A stretch of DNA of 64,000 nucleotides from an uncultured Actinomycetes bacterium (GTDB lineage: Bacteria; Actinomycetota; Acidimicrobiia; IMCC26256; DASPTH01), in the NCBI GenBank assembly GCA_963720785.1, contig CAVRGQ010000008.1, forward strand, positions 834,651 through 898,650, written 5' to 3'. Shown here one piece after another: positions 37,460 through 47,063 of the stretch. The notes beneath the pieces were generated by a model. That model had not been told where the DNA came from. It was given only the letters and a program-made list of their open reading frames with translations, and did no database searches. Made by a program: the position numbers and the translations under genes. Every line of letters begins with the position of its first letter. Position 1 is the first letter of the stretch.

Positions 37460-37936
37460 ATGGCAGCACCCCAGACCCCCCAGCCCGGCCGGCAGCCCGG
37501 TGCGGCCGGACCGGCCGGACCGGCCGGACCGCGGCGCCCCCGCGCCTGGCTCGCCCGGCGCACGGCCGCGATCCTCAGCGCGGTCGCGGTGTTCGCCCTC
37601 GGCGGCCTCATGTACTGGAACGACCACCAGACCGTCACCGCCCAGGCGGCGACCACGTCGAACACCTCCACCTCGTCGAACTCGTCGAACGGGCGGGTGT
37701 ACCGCTCCGGTGACGGCGAGGGTGACGGCGGGTCCGAGCACGAGGGCGACGGCGGGTCCGAGCACGAGAGCGACGACGGAGGCGACAGCAGCAGCATCGT
37801 CGACGACATCACGAAGCTCATCCCCGGCCTGTCGGACAACTCGTCGTCCTCGTCCTCCTCGTCGAGCTCCGGTTCGTCGAGGTCCGGCACGTCGACCCCC
37901 GCTCCGGCCCCCCACTCCACCACCCGAGGGAGCTGA
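37460..37936 (+). CDS. Membrane-anchored Ser/Gly/acidic low-complexity protein
   Basis: GGGAG RBS; one TM helix; 24-nt tandem repeat encoding EGDGGSEH x2 (37718-37765); poly-Ser; ends HSTTRGS; 3 nt before the next gene. Confidence 0.7.
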   Translation: MAAPQTPQPGRQPGAAGPAGPAGPRRPRAWLARRTAAILSAVAVFALGGLMYWNDHQTVTAQAATTSNTSTSSNSSNGRVYRSGDGEGDGGSEHEGDGGSEHESDDGGDSSSIVDDITKLIPGLSDNSSSSSSSSSSGSSRSGTSTPAPAPHSTTRGS

Positions 37937-37939
37937 CCC

Positions 37940-38671
37940 ATGTCGCAGATCCCGTGGTACGCCGCCCGCGCCAGTGGAGTCGTCGCGTGGGCCCTGATCC
38001 TCCTCACCTGCGTGTGGGGCCTCATGCTCGCCACCCGCGTGCTCGGCCGCAAGGCCCCGCCGGCGTGGCTGCTGAGCCTGCACCGCTACCTCGGCGCGCT
38101 CGCCCTCGTGTTCGTGGGCGTGCACGTCGGCGCTCTCCTGCTCGACAGCTACACGAGCTTCGGCCCCGTCGACCTCCTCGTGCCGTTCGCGACGTCGTGG
38201 CACCCGCTCGCCGTCGCCTGGGGCATCGTCGGCATGTACCTGCTCGTGGCGATCGAGGTCACGTCACTGCTGCGACACAAGCTCTCCAACAAGGTGTGGC
38301 ACGCCATTCACCTGATGAGCTACTTCCTGCTCGGCATGGTCACGATCCACTTCGTGACGGCGGGCACCGACGCCCGGGCGATCCTCGCCAGCACGGCCGC
38401 CGTGCTCGTGGCCACCGCCGCGGCGTTCGGCAGCGCAGCGCTCTACCTGTGGCGCTCCGATCCCGGTGAGCCCATCGAGCGCCCGGCTCGGGCAGCTCGT
38501 CCGGCAACTCCGGCAGCTCGCCGTGCCGCTCCGCCGGCTCCCGCAGCTCCGGCAGTCGTGGTCGCCGACGTGCCGCTCACCGCGAAGCTGGTGACCACCC
38601 CCGGGCCGGCACCGGTCTCGTCGACGGCGAGGCCGGTCGCGGTCCCCCCCAGGAGTTCGTCAGCCCGCTGA
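37940..38671 (+). CDS. Ferric reductase-like (MsrQ-like) transmembrane cytochrome b
   Basis: 'WYAARASGVVA', four spaced His ('LHRYLG', 'GVHVG', 'AIHLMSY', 'TIHF..AGTD'), 'TSLLR'. Confidence 0.85.
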   Translation: MSQIPWYAARASGVVAWALILLTCVWGLMLATRVLGRKAPPAWLLSLHRYLGALALVFVGVHVGALLLDSYTSFGPVDLLVPFATSWHPLAVAWGIVGMYLLVAIEVTSLLRHKLSNKVWHAIHLMSYFLLGMVTIHFVTAGTDARAILASTAAVLVATAAAFGSAALYLWRSDPGEPIERPARAARPATPAARRAAPPAPAAPAVVVADVPLTAKLVTTPGPAPVSSTARPVAVPPRSSSAR

Positions 38672-39055
38672 CGCCCTGGACCGGCGGCGGGTCACCACGA
38701 CGTAGACCAGGCGCCACCCGAAGAAGCAGGCACCGAGGAACAGGGTGGCCACGATGGTGAACGCGACCTTGAAGTCGTGACCGTCGACGGCGATCCGCAG
38801 CACCATCCCCAGGACGACCGTCGTCAGCCAGAGGATCGCCACCCGGCCCCACGCGAGCGGCGCCCGGTCGAGACGGGCGATCGCCCACCCGACCACCAGC
38901 GCGACCGCGAACGGCCAGACCACCCGGAGGAACCCCGTGAACCCGGCGTCCTCGTGGTGCGTGCGCCGCCCGATCAGCACGAACACGACCACGGCGACGA
39001 GATCGACGAGGAACGCGATCCAGGCGCTGATGCGGGGCGAGGACTCGTCACTCAT
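38660..39055 (-). CDS. DUF3054 domain membrane protein
   Basis: 'D...VVVFVLIGRRTH', 'WPF', 'W..TVVLGMVLR', 'F.IVA..FL...F.GWR'. Confidence 0.82.
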   Translation of the reverse strand: MSDESSPRISAWIAFLVDLVAVVVFVLIGRRTHHEDAGFTGFLRVVWPFAVALVVGWAIARLDRAPLAWGRVAILWLTTVVLGMVLRIAVDGHDFKVAFTIVATLFLGACFFGWRLVYVVVTRRRSRASAG

Positions 39056-39114
39056 GGCCCCAGTGTCGCGGTGCCGGTCCCGGCCACGCGGATCGGCCGC
39101 TAGCGTCTCGACCC

Positions 39115-39878
39115 GTGACTGCACCCGTGACCCCCGAGGACCACCGCCAGGCCGCCGAGATCGCCACTGCGGCCGGCCGGCTGCTGCTCGACCTGCGCGT
39201 CGCACTCGACGACCCCACCACCGACCCGCAGGTGCTCAAGGCCGAGGGCGACCGCGCGTTCGCACGAATTCATCGTGGCCGAGCTCGCACGGCGCTACCC
39301 GACGGATGCCGTGCTCTCCGAAGAGGGCGTCGACGACACCGCGCGCCTCACGGCCGAGCGGGTGTGGATCGTCGACCCGCTCGACGGCACGCGCGAGTAC
39401 GGCGAGGCCGGCCGCTCCGACTGGGCGGTGCACGTCGCGCTCGGTGATGGCGGGAGCGGTGGTGGCCGCGGCGGTCGCGCTCCCCGGACGCGATCTCACC
39501 CTCTCGAGCGACCCCGCCCCCACCCTCGCGCCCGCGATCGACGGCCCGCCGCGCCTCGTGGTGAGCCGCACGCGTCCGCCGGCCATCGCCGAGGAGCTGC
39601 GCGAGCACCTTTCCGGCGAGCTGGTCCCGCTGGGCTCGGCCGGCGCGAAGGCCATGGCCGTGGTGCTCGGCGACGCCGACGTGTACGCGGACAGCGGCGG
39701 CCAGTACGAGTGGGACTCCGCCGCGCCGGTCGGGGTGGCCGCCGCCGCGGGGCTGCACGTGTCGCGACTCGACGGCTCGCCGCTCGTCTACAACCGCGGG
39801 GAGCCGTACCTGCCCGACCTGCTCATCTGCCGGCCGGAGCTGGTCGACGCGGTGTTGACCGTCACGCGCAACGCGTAG
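39115..39878 (+). CDS. cysQ: 3'(2'),5'-bisphosphate nucleotidase CysQ, two indels (~39260, ~39443)
   Basis: 'AGRLLL', 'DAVLSEE', 'RVWIVDPLDGTREY', 'DWAVHVAL', 'GSAGAKAMAV', 'GGQYEWDSAAP', 'SRLDGSPL.YN' across three frames. Confidence 0.88.
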
Positions 39879-39906
39879 TTCGTCCGCGTGGAACGACGGA
39901 GCGTCG

Positions 39907-40656
39907 TCACAGGACTCGCGTGACGAGGAAGAACACCGAGAAGGCCACCAGCGCGATGCCGAAGAGCGTGCGCGTGACAACGTCGGGAAGCTTCGTGCCG
40001 TAGCGGGCACCGACCATCGACGCGGGAACCATTCCGAGCGCGAACGCGCCGGCGACCATCCAGTCGATGTCGCCGAGCGCCCAGTGCGTGATGAGCGTGG
40101 GCACCACGAGCGCCACCGCGGCGACGAGCGCGGTCCCCGCCGCCCGGGCCGCGGTGAACCCGAGGCCGAGGACGAAGAGCGGCACGAGCAGGAAGCCGCC
40201 ACCGTTGGCGAGCATGCCGGCGAAGAAGGCTGCGCCGGTCGCCATGGCGACGACGGTCACGGTGCTGTGGGTGCGCGCCTCGCCCCGCTGAGCATGCTTC
40301 GCCGAATTGGGCACCAACATGCGCACGCCGATGCCGAGCAGCACCACACCCGAGATGACGAGCAGGATGTCACCCCCGACCTGGCGGCCGACGAACGCAC
40401 CGACGATCACCGCGGGGAGGCCGGCGAGGATGGTGAGCTTCGCGACCCGACGGTCGAGCATGCCCACCTTGAGGTATTCGCGTGCCCCCGCGATCGAGGA
40501 CGGCAGGATGGCCGGCAGCGGTGACGCGACCGCGAGCACCGGCGGCACGCCCATGAGCGCGAGCACGGGCGTGGCGAACGCGGAGCCCCCGGCCCCGAAG
40601 AGCCCGAAGACCATGCCGACGCCTGCGCCGGCCAGGACGAACATCCACCACTGCAC
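39907..40656 (-). CDS. Sulfite exporter TauE/SafE family protein
   Basis: Internal repeat 'GLFGAGGSAFATP' / 'GMLANGGGFLLVP', 'AAGTAL', 'H..LGDIDW'; 8 TM-like segments. Confidence 0.88.
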   Translation of the reverse strand: MQWWMFVLAGAGVGMVFGLFGAGGSAFATPVLALMGVPPVLAVASPLPAILPSSIAGAREYLKVGMLDRRVAKLTILAGLPAVIVGAFVGRQVGGDILLVISGVVLLGIGVRMLVPNSAKHAQRGEARTHSTVTVVAMATGAAFFAGMLANGGGFLLVPLFVLGLGFTAARAAGTALVAAVALVVPTLITHWALGDIDWMVAGAFALGMVPASMVGARYGTKLPDVVTRTLFGIALVAFSVFFLVTRVL

Positions 40657-40712
40657 CTCCCCACACTGACGGAGGCTCGGGCAGAAGTCCAAGACGTGGA
40701 TTGTCTTGATTG

Positions 40713-40729
40713 CATAAGCTTTGCCTATG
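40713..40729. promoter_or_regulatory. LysR box (T-N11-A, CATA...TATG)
   Basis: CATAAGCTTTGCCTATG overlaps the LysR start codon in the divergent tauE/lysR region. Confidence 0.6.
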
Positions 40730-41595
40730 GATCTCCGGCGTCTCGGCCTCTTCCTCGCGGTGGTCGACGAGGGCGGCATGACCCGAGCCGCCGAGGCGCA
40801 GCACGTCTCGCAGCCCTCGGTGTCGCAGGCGGTGCGCGAGCTGGAGGCGGAGCTCGGCACCGCGCTGTTCCACCGGGTGGGCCGGGGCCTGGTGCTCACC
40901 CCCGCCGGGGAGGCCCTGGTCGCTCCGGCCCGTCAGGCGCTGCGCGACGTCGAGACCGCGTGCGCGCCGCCGTGGAGGCCGTCGCCGGGGTGACCGCCGG
41001 GCACCTCGACCTCTGCGCCCTCCCCACACTGGCCGTCGACCCCCTCGCCACGCTGGTCGGCGCCTTCCGGGTCGCGCACCCCGACGTGACCATCCGGCTC
41101 GCCGATCCGGTCGACAGCGCCGCCCTCGTCACGATGGTCACCTCGGGCGATGTCGAGATCGCCATCACGGTCGGCACCCCGGCCGACACCGGTCTCGAAG
41201 TGCGCCAACTCGGCCACCAGGACCTGCTCGCGGTGCTCCCACCCGGCACGCCGCTCCATGGACGCAGCATCGACGTGCACCAACTCGCCGCGTTCCCGTT
41301 GGTCGCCGCGTCTCCGGGCACCGCAACGCGCAACCAACTCGAGGAGGCCTTCGGGAGCGCCGGTGCGGTGCCCCACGTCGCGGTCACCACCGCGCAACGC
41401 GAGGCGATCCTCCCGCTCGTGCTCGCCGGAGCCGGCGCCACGCTCTTCCCGGGACCCCTCGCCGAGCAGGCCGCCGCGCTCGGCGCGGTGGTGGTGCCGC
41501 TGCGCCCGAGCCTCACCCGCGCGATCGTCGCCCTCCACCGGCCCGGTCCGCTCTCCCCGGCCGCCGCGGCCTTCCTGGACCTCGCCCTCGGCTGA
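40727..41595 (+). CDS. LysR family transcriptional regulator, one frameshift (~40958)
   Basis: 'MDLRRL..F.AVVDEGGMTRAAE..HVSQPSVSQAVRELEAELG..LF.R...LT.AG'; substrate-binding domain continues in the next frame. Confidence 0.9.
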
Positions 41596-41608
41596 GCACC
41601 TCTGGCAA

Positions 41609-41635
41609 GAAACCCGACTCATTCGCTAGGGTTTC
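41609..41635. promoter_or_regulatory. Long dyad GAAACCC-N13-GGGTTTC, possible Rrf2-type (IscR/CymR-like) site
   Basis: AT-rich inverted repeat ending 3 nt before the DUF4395 ATG; regulator family is inference. Confidence 0.4.
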
Positions 41636-41638
41636 GGC

Positions 41639-42139
41639 ATGTTCAACTTCCCGAACCCGGTGAACGAGGCGTCGGCCCGCCTGGTGGCAGGCGGTGTGGT
41701 CCTGATGTGCGTTGCCCTCCTCGCCCTCGACCAGCCGTGGATCGTCGTGCCCCTCGCGTACGGCTTCGTGGCCCGCGTGCTCACCGGCCCGACCCTGAGC
41801 CCGCTCGGCCAGATCGTCACCCGCCTCCTCACCCCGGCCCTGCCTTTCGCCGCGAAGAACGTGCCCGGTCCGCCCAAGCGCTTCGCTCAGGGCATCGGTG
41901 CCACGCTGTCGGTCGCCGCGCTCATCGCGTGGGCGGGTTTCGGCAGCGCCACGGTCGCCTCCGTGCTCGTCGCCATGATCCTCGTGGCGGCATCGCTCGA
42001 GGCGCTCCTCGGCTTCTGCCTCGGATGCAAGATGTTCGCCGTGCTGATGCGAGTCGGCGTCGTCCCCGAATCGGCGTGCGCGGACTGCAACGACATCTGG
42101 TCGCGCCTTCCTCAGCCAGCGGAGTCCGCGACCCACTGA
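41639..42139 (+). CDS. DUF4395 domain membrane protein
   Basis: 'FPNPVNEASARLVAGGV', 'GPPKRFAQGIG', 'ASLEALLGFCLGC'. Confidence 0.88.
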   Translation: MFNFPNPVNEASARLVAGGVVLMCVALLALDQPWIVVPLAYGFVARVLTGPTLSPLGQIVTRLLTPALPFAAKNVPGPPKRFAQGIGATLSVAALIAWAGFGSATVASVLVAMILVAASLEALLGFCLGCKMFAVLMRVGVVPESACADCNDIWSRLPQPAESATH

Positions 42140-42320
42140 GATCGCGACCCGTCGCAGGCACGAGATCTGCGAGCGTGACGCCCAGTTCACTCGCGGGTCG
42201 ATCGCGGATCTCAACGGGGATCCCCCGAAACAGTCGCGAAGTCGCAAGCGTGGAGCGATGCACTCGCGAGCGCCGCGACGAGCTGGAGCATCGCTCACCG
42301 CGGACAGTCCGCTCTCGCCG

Positions 42321-42733
42321 ATGGCGACGATCGCCGCCTCCGCCCTGGCGGTCGCCGGCCCGGCCGCCGCCCAGAACAAGAAGGCCGACCCATGCCGTCG
42401 GTGGCGTGGTACCCGCTGGCCCTGCTCCTCTTCGATCTCAGTGAGGGCGCGATCTTCTTCGTGGTCGTCGTCGGTACCGCACCGTCGGTCACCAACGGCC
42501 TCATCAACGGCGTCGACAACATCAACCCCGTGATCCTGCCCGCGGCGCTGCCGTCGTTCGCGGGTGGCCTCGAGCAGCGCTGGGCGTTCGCGTGGCGCAG
42601 CCTTCTCGCCGGCGTGCAGGCCGTGATGCTCGCGCGCTTCGTGATCGGCGTGCTCGTCGACGCGCTCGTGTTCGGCACTTCGGAGCGCAAGATCCGCAAG
42701 CGCTGCGGCCTGATCGACGCCGCCGCCACGTAG
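42321..42733 (+). pseudogene. Decayed sulfonate/nitrate-type ABC remnant (signal-peptide stub + SsuC/TauC-like permease fragments)
   Basis: 'MPSVAWYPLALLLF.LSEGAIFFVVVVG.APS..NGLI.GVD', 'ILPAALPSF..GL.Q.WAFAWRSL.AG' and 'VIGVLVD.LVF...ER.IR.R.GL' are joined with the intervening segments (incl. EAA loop) missing. Confidence 0.75.
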
Positions 42734-42808
42734 CGCCTTCCTGCGGCAGCCGTCCGCCGGCGGGCGGTACGATCCTCGCCGACCGGACCCACGACCGAGG
42801 AGCCTCCC

Positions 42809-43225
42809 GTCGACAAGGACCGCGACCTGCTGTACCGCCACGTCGAGCGCGACCTGGCCGGAGGAGAACGTCCTCTCGCCGCGTTCCCCTTCGCTGCCGT
42901 GCCGAAGCTCCCCCGACCGCCCAGGGGCACCCCGAAGGAGAAGGTCACCACCGGGGTCCGCCAGTCGATGAAGCGCTACCGGCCGGTCGTGTGCACCAAC
43001 CGACGCGTGCTCGTCTACGACACCAAACGGACGCAACATCCCCGCCAACTGCTCGCCGCCTTTCCCGCGGGAGAGGTGCACGCAGTCGACGTGCTGCCCG
43101 GCAAATGGGGCGGACAGGTCATCGTGCTGGCCCTGCCCGGCATCGGGGACATCCCGTTCGAGCTCGGGACGAAGGACCTGCCCGACCTCGCCACGATGCT
43201 CGCGAATCTCGGCCGAGGGGCGTGA
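42809..43225 (+). CDS. Hypothetical PH-like domain protein, paralog A
   Basis: Frame is open from a GAGGAG RBS followed by GTC (first canonical start is 42899); 'L..GE..L', 'VV.TNRRVLVYD' pattern; aligns by eye with the next gene. Confidence 0.6.
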   Translation, partial: VDKDRDLLYRHVERDLAGGERPLAAFPFAAVPKLPRPPRGTPKEKVTTGVRQSMKRYRPVVCTNRRVLVYDTKRTQHPRQLLAAFPAGEVHAVDVLPGKWGGQVIVLALPGIGDIPFELGTKDLPDLATMLANLGRGA

Positions 43226-43580
43226 GATCGACAGCTTCCGCCAAGCGCTCCTCACCAAGGTGGCGGGCATCCTCGACGACGGCGAGGATGTCGTCGCCAT
43301 GTTGCCGTTCGCGTCGATCCGCAAGGTCGGCTACGGACAACTCGTGTTCACGGCCGCGCGCCTCTTCCTGTTCGACAGCACCCGCACCGGCAAGACCGGT
43401 GACCTCCTGCGCGTGCTCCCGCTGCCCGACGTGACGTTCGGCGGCGTGCGCACCGGGCGCCTGGGCAAGCAGTCCCTCGTGCTCGGGCTCCCCGACACCG
43501 GCGAGATCATCTTCGACGTCGGATCGCGCGAGGGCCGCGACCTCGCCGTGATCTCACGCCTGCTGACGCCCTCTCACTGA
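43222..43580 (+). CDS. Hypothetical PH-like domain protein, paralog B (probable 1-nt deletion just after start)
   Basis: GTGA overlap with upstream stop; 'IDSFRQALLTKVAGILDDGEDVVAMLPFA...LVFTAARLFLFD'. Confidence 0.6.
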
Positions 43581-43598
43581 CGCAGGAGGATCCACCCG

Positions 43599-44071
43599 AT
43601 GGACGAGGCACTCGAGCTCACCGTGATCGGCACCGGCAACATCGGCGCCACGCTGGCGCGGCGCTGGACCGCGTGCGGCCACCGGCTCACCTTCGGGGCG
43701 CGCGATCCCGAAGCCGGGCACGTGCGGGCGCTCGTGGCGGAGCTCGGCCACCACACGAGGGTGCGCGCCATGGGCGACGCGGTCGCGGGCGCCGCGGCGG
43801 TCCTCGTCGCCACCCCGGGTGCGGCGGTTCCGGAGCTCGCGGCGTCGCTCGGCCCGGCACCCGCGGGCACGGTGGTGCTCGACGCCACCAACCACATGGG
43901 CAGCGAACGGGCGTCGTGGAGCGCCTGATTGCCGACGTCGGTCTGCGACCCGTGCTGCTCGGCGGCGTCGACCAGGCCGACGCGCTCGACGGCGCGACCC
44001 GGCTGTGATTCGCCCTGGTCTTCGGTCAGGGCCGGCCACGGCGTACGGCCTTCCGCCTGCTCGACGACTGA
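43599..44071 (+). pseudogene. NADPH-dependent F420 reductase-like dinucleotide-binding protein, internally deleted with premature stop
   Basis: 'VIGTGNIG', 'FGARDP', 'VVLDATN' then jumps frame to 'VVERLIADVGLRPV...LDGATRL*FALVF'; middle segment absent, TGA at 44006. Confidence 0.75.
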
Positions 44072-44072
44072 G

Positions 44073-44814
44073 CTACTTCAGCACGTTCACCGCGCGGGCG
44101 ATCACGAGGATCGCGATCGACAGCGAGAACGCCGACTGCACGAGCATCGCCACCTTCGCCCAGCGGGTCATGGGCATCGTGTCCGTGGGGCTGAACGCGG
44201 TGGCGTTGGTGAACGACACGTACAGGTAGTCGAGGAACTCGGGCCGCCACTCGGGGCGGGCGAGGGTGGGCGACTGCATCTGCGGGAAGAGGAAGTCGGG
44301 ATACGGGTCCTTGATCGTGCGGGCGGCGGGACCGCCGCTGTCGAACTCCCAGTACCAGAGCGAGAACACGATCACGTTGGTGAGCCAGATCGAACCGCCC
44401 ACCCAGAGCAACTCCCCGGCGTCGCGGATCCCGACCCCGTTCACCAGGTCGGCGATGAGCCGGATCCCCGACGCGATGTTGCCGATGCTCATCACGAGGA
44501 TCACGAGCAGCATGAGCGCGCGCAGCAGCTTCGAGTGCTCGAGGCGGCGGGGCGCGATCCCGAGTGTGGCGATCAGCAGTACCAGCGCGAGCGCAGGGAT
44601 CAGGTAGCGCGGGTGGTTGGCGATGCCGCGGCGGCAAGGTCGCCTCGAGCACGATCGCCACCAGCACCGCGATGGTGGAGGCGATGCGCGACTCCTCTTT
44701 CGCGGCGACCCGCAACGTGGGCTCGACCACGCGGGTGTCGACCTCCCGCACGAAGGCCGCGGGATCGAGCAGGCGGTCGAGGAACCGCGGGCGGCGTGCC
44801 GGGCGTTCGGCCAT
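44073..44814 (-). CDS. DUF1345 domain membrane protein, one frameshift (~44630)
   Basis: 'IWLTNVIVFSLWYWEFD.GGP', 'PDFLFPQM', 'W.P.FLDYLYVSFTNATAFSPTDTMP.TRWAK'. Confidence 0.85.
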
Positions 44815-44864
44815 GGCGCGCACGGTAGACCCCGCGGAGGTCGGTTCCGTGTACCGTCCGGTAC

Positions 44865-46419
44865 ATGGCCACAGGCGCAGACCGAATGATCGAGACCGCC
44901 GTCGCCGCCGGCGTCGACGTGTGCTTCACCAACCCCGGCACCACGGAGATGCCGCTGGTCGCGGCCCTCGACCGCACACCGGCGCTCCGCTCGGTGCTCG
45001 GGCTGTTCGAGGGCGTCGTCACCGGCGCGGCCGACGGCTACGCACGGATCACCGACACCCCCGCGCTCACGCTGTTGCACCTCGGCGCGGGCTTCGGCAA
45101 CGGCATCGCCAACCTCCACAACGCACGGCGGGCGCACTCACCGGTCGTCAACGCCATCGGCGACCACGCCACCTGGCTCGTCGACCACGATCCGCCGCTC
45201 GCCAGCGACATCGCCGGTCTCGCCGCGCCCGCATCGGCATGGGTGCGCACCGTCGGCACCGCCGCCGACATGGGCCCCGACCTCGCCGCCGCGGTCGCCG
45301 TGGCGCGCACCGCGCCCGGGCAGATCGCCACGCTCGTCGTCCCGGTCGACTGCCAGTGGGACGACGCGCCGGCCGTCACCGCCCCCATCGCCGCACCGGT
45401 CGCGCCCACCGCGTCGTCCGACACCGTCGTCGCGGCGGCGAAGGCACTCGCGCCGGGCGAGCACCGCGTGCTCCTCGTCGGCGGGCGCGCGCTGCGCGCC
45501 CGCGGCCAGGTCGCGGTCGAGCGCATCCGCGCGCACACCAGCTGCCGCGTCTACTGCGAGAACTTCGGCGGGCGCGTGGAGCGGGCCCCCGACCTGCCGT
45601 CGGCGCGCAGCATCCCCTACTTCCCGGAGATGGCCGTCGACGCTGCTCGCCGACGTCACCCACCTCGTCACGGCCGGCACCGCCGCGCCCGTCGCGTTCT
45701 TCGCGTTCCCGCAACTCGGCGGTCGGCCGGAGCTGACACCCGAGGGTTGCGAGGTGCTGGCCCTCACGGGAGGCGGCGACGACGTCGAGGCCAGTCTCGA
45801 GGCCCTCGCCGACGAGCTCGGCGCTCCCGCCCGCGTGGCGGTCGAGGCCCGACCCACCCCGGTCGTGCCCGACGGGGGTGCCCCGACCCCGGCCTCGGTG
45901 GCGCAGGCGGTTGCCGCGCTGCTGCCGGAGCAGGCCATCGTGGTCGAGGAGGCCAACACCTCGGGCATCAACTTCGTGATGCAGGCGCCCGCGGCGGCGC
46001 CGCACTGGGGGTTGCAGCTCACCGGCGGTGCCATCGGCATGGGCCTGCCCCTCGCGTTCGGTGCCGCGATCGCCGCACCCGACCGTAGGGTGGTGGCCCT
46101 GCAGGCCGACGGTTCGGCGATGTACACGCTCCCCGCCCTGTGGTCGATGGCGCGCGAGGGCACCGACGTCACCATCGTCGTGTACTCGAACCGGAAGTAC
46201 GCGATCCTCCAGTTGGAACTCGCGCGTGCGGGCATCACCCATCCCGGCCCGATCGCGCAGTCGCTCACCGACCTGTCGAACCCCGACCTCGACTTCTGCG
46301 CCATCGCGAAGGGCATGGGCGTCGACGCGACCCGCGCCACCACGAACGACGAGCTGGTGGCCGCGTTGCAACGCTCGCTGGCGACTCCCGGCCCGTCGCT
46401 GATCGAGGTGTTGCTCTAA
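44865..46419 (+). CDS. Thiamine diphosphate enzyme (acetolactate synthase large subunit-like), one frameshift (~45640)
   Basis: 'CFTNPGTTEM', 'LFEGVVTGAADGYAR', 'LHLGAG..NG.ANLHNARRA'; TPP motif 'ADGSAMYT...N..Y.IL'. Confidence 0.9.
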
Positions 46420-47027
46420 CCCGAGAACACGCTCGCGACGAAGGCGTCGAACGCGTCGCCGTCGAACTCGATCTCGAGCGAGTCGCCGACCTTGGTGATG
46501 TTCAGCGTCGGGCAGAACCAGCTCTCCCCGTCGACGAAGAAGGTGGGCGAGCCCTGCACGCCGCGGTTCTTGCCCACGTCGTAGTCGGCCTGCACCTGTG
46601 CGACGTCGGCATCGGTGACCGCGACGCCGAGCGCAGCCGTCGCCGCGGCGACGACCGCGGGATCACCGACGTCGCGACCCTCTTCGAACACGAGGTCGCG
46701 CACGATCAACGCGGCGCGTTCACCGGCCTCGGCGCCCAGGCGGTACGCCGCCTCGGTGAGCGCGAGCGCGGGCAGCGTGGTGACCGGAAACCTCGCTTCG
46801 TCGAAGCCCGAGAAGAGATCGGGTGCGACGCCGTCGCGCAATGCCGCGACCTTGCCCGCCACCGCATGGGCGTCCATGGGGACACCGTTCACCTGCTCGA
46901 GGGGCCACGCCCGCACCCGGAAGTGCAGGTCGTCACGACCGTGGCGGTCCCGCTCGTCGACGAGCCGGTGCAGACCCACGTGCGTGAACGGGCACGTAAC
47001 GTCGGCCCAGACCTCGAGCACCGCCAC
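46416..47027 (-). CDS. DsbA/FrnE-like thioredoxin-fold protein
   Basis: 'EVWADVTCPF', 'WPLE.VNG', 'GVQGSPTFFV'. Confidence 0.8.
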   Translation of the reverse strand: MAVLEVWADVTCPFTHVGLHRLVDERDRHGRDDLHFRVRAWPLEQVNGVPMDAHAVAGKVAALRDGVAPDLFSGFDEARFPVTTLPALALTEAAYRLGAEAGERAALIVRDLVFEEGRDVGDPAVVAAATAALGVAVTDADVAQVQADYDVGKNRGVQGSPTFFVDGESWFCPTLNITKVGDSLEIEFDGDAFDAFVASVFSG

Positions 47028-47063
47028 AATCGCGTCGACCTTCTCGGAACTACGGGACGGGGC

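Noticed and set aside
42137-42296. SAM riboswitch upstream of sulfur ABC remnant
   Set aside because: Could not find the conserved SAM-I or SAM-IV core sequences; kept only as an unexplained structured segment.
44006-44008. TGA read as Trp or Sec in the F420 reductase-like gene
   Set aside because: TGA is the normal stop throughout the window and the same gene carries an internal deletion, so decay or error is more likely.
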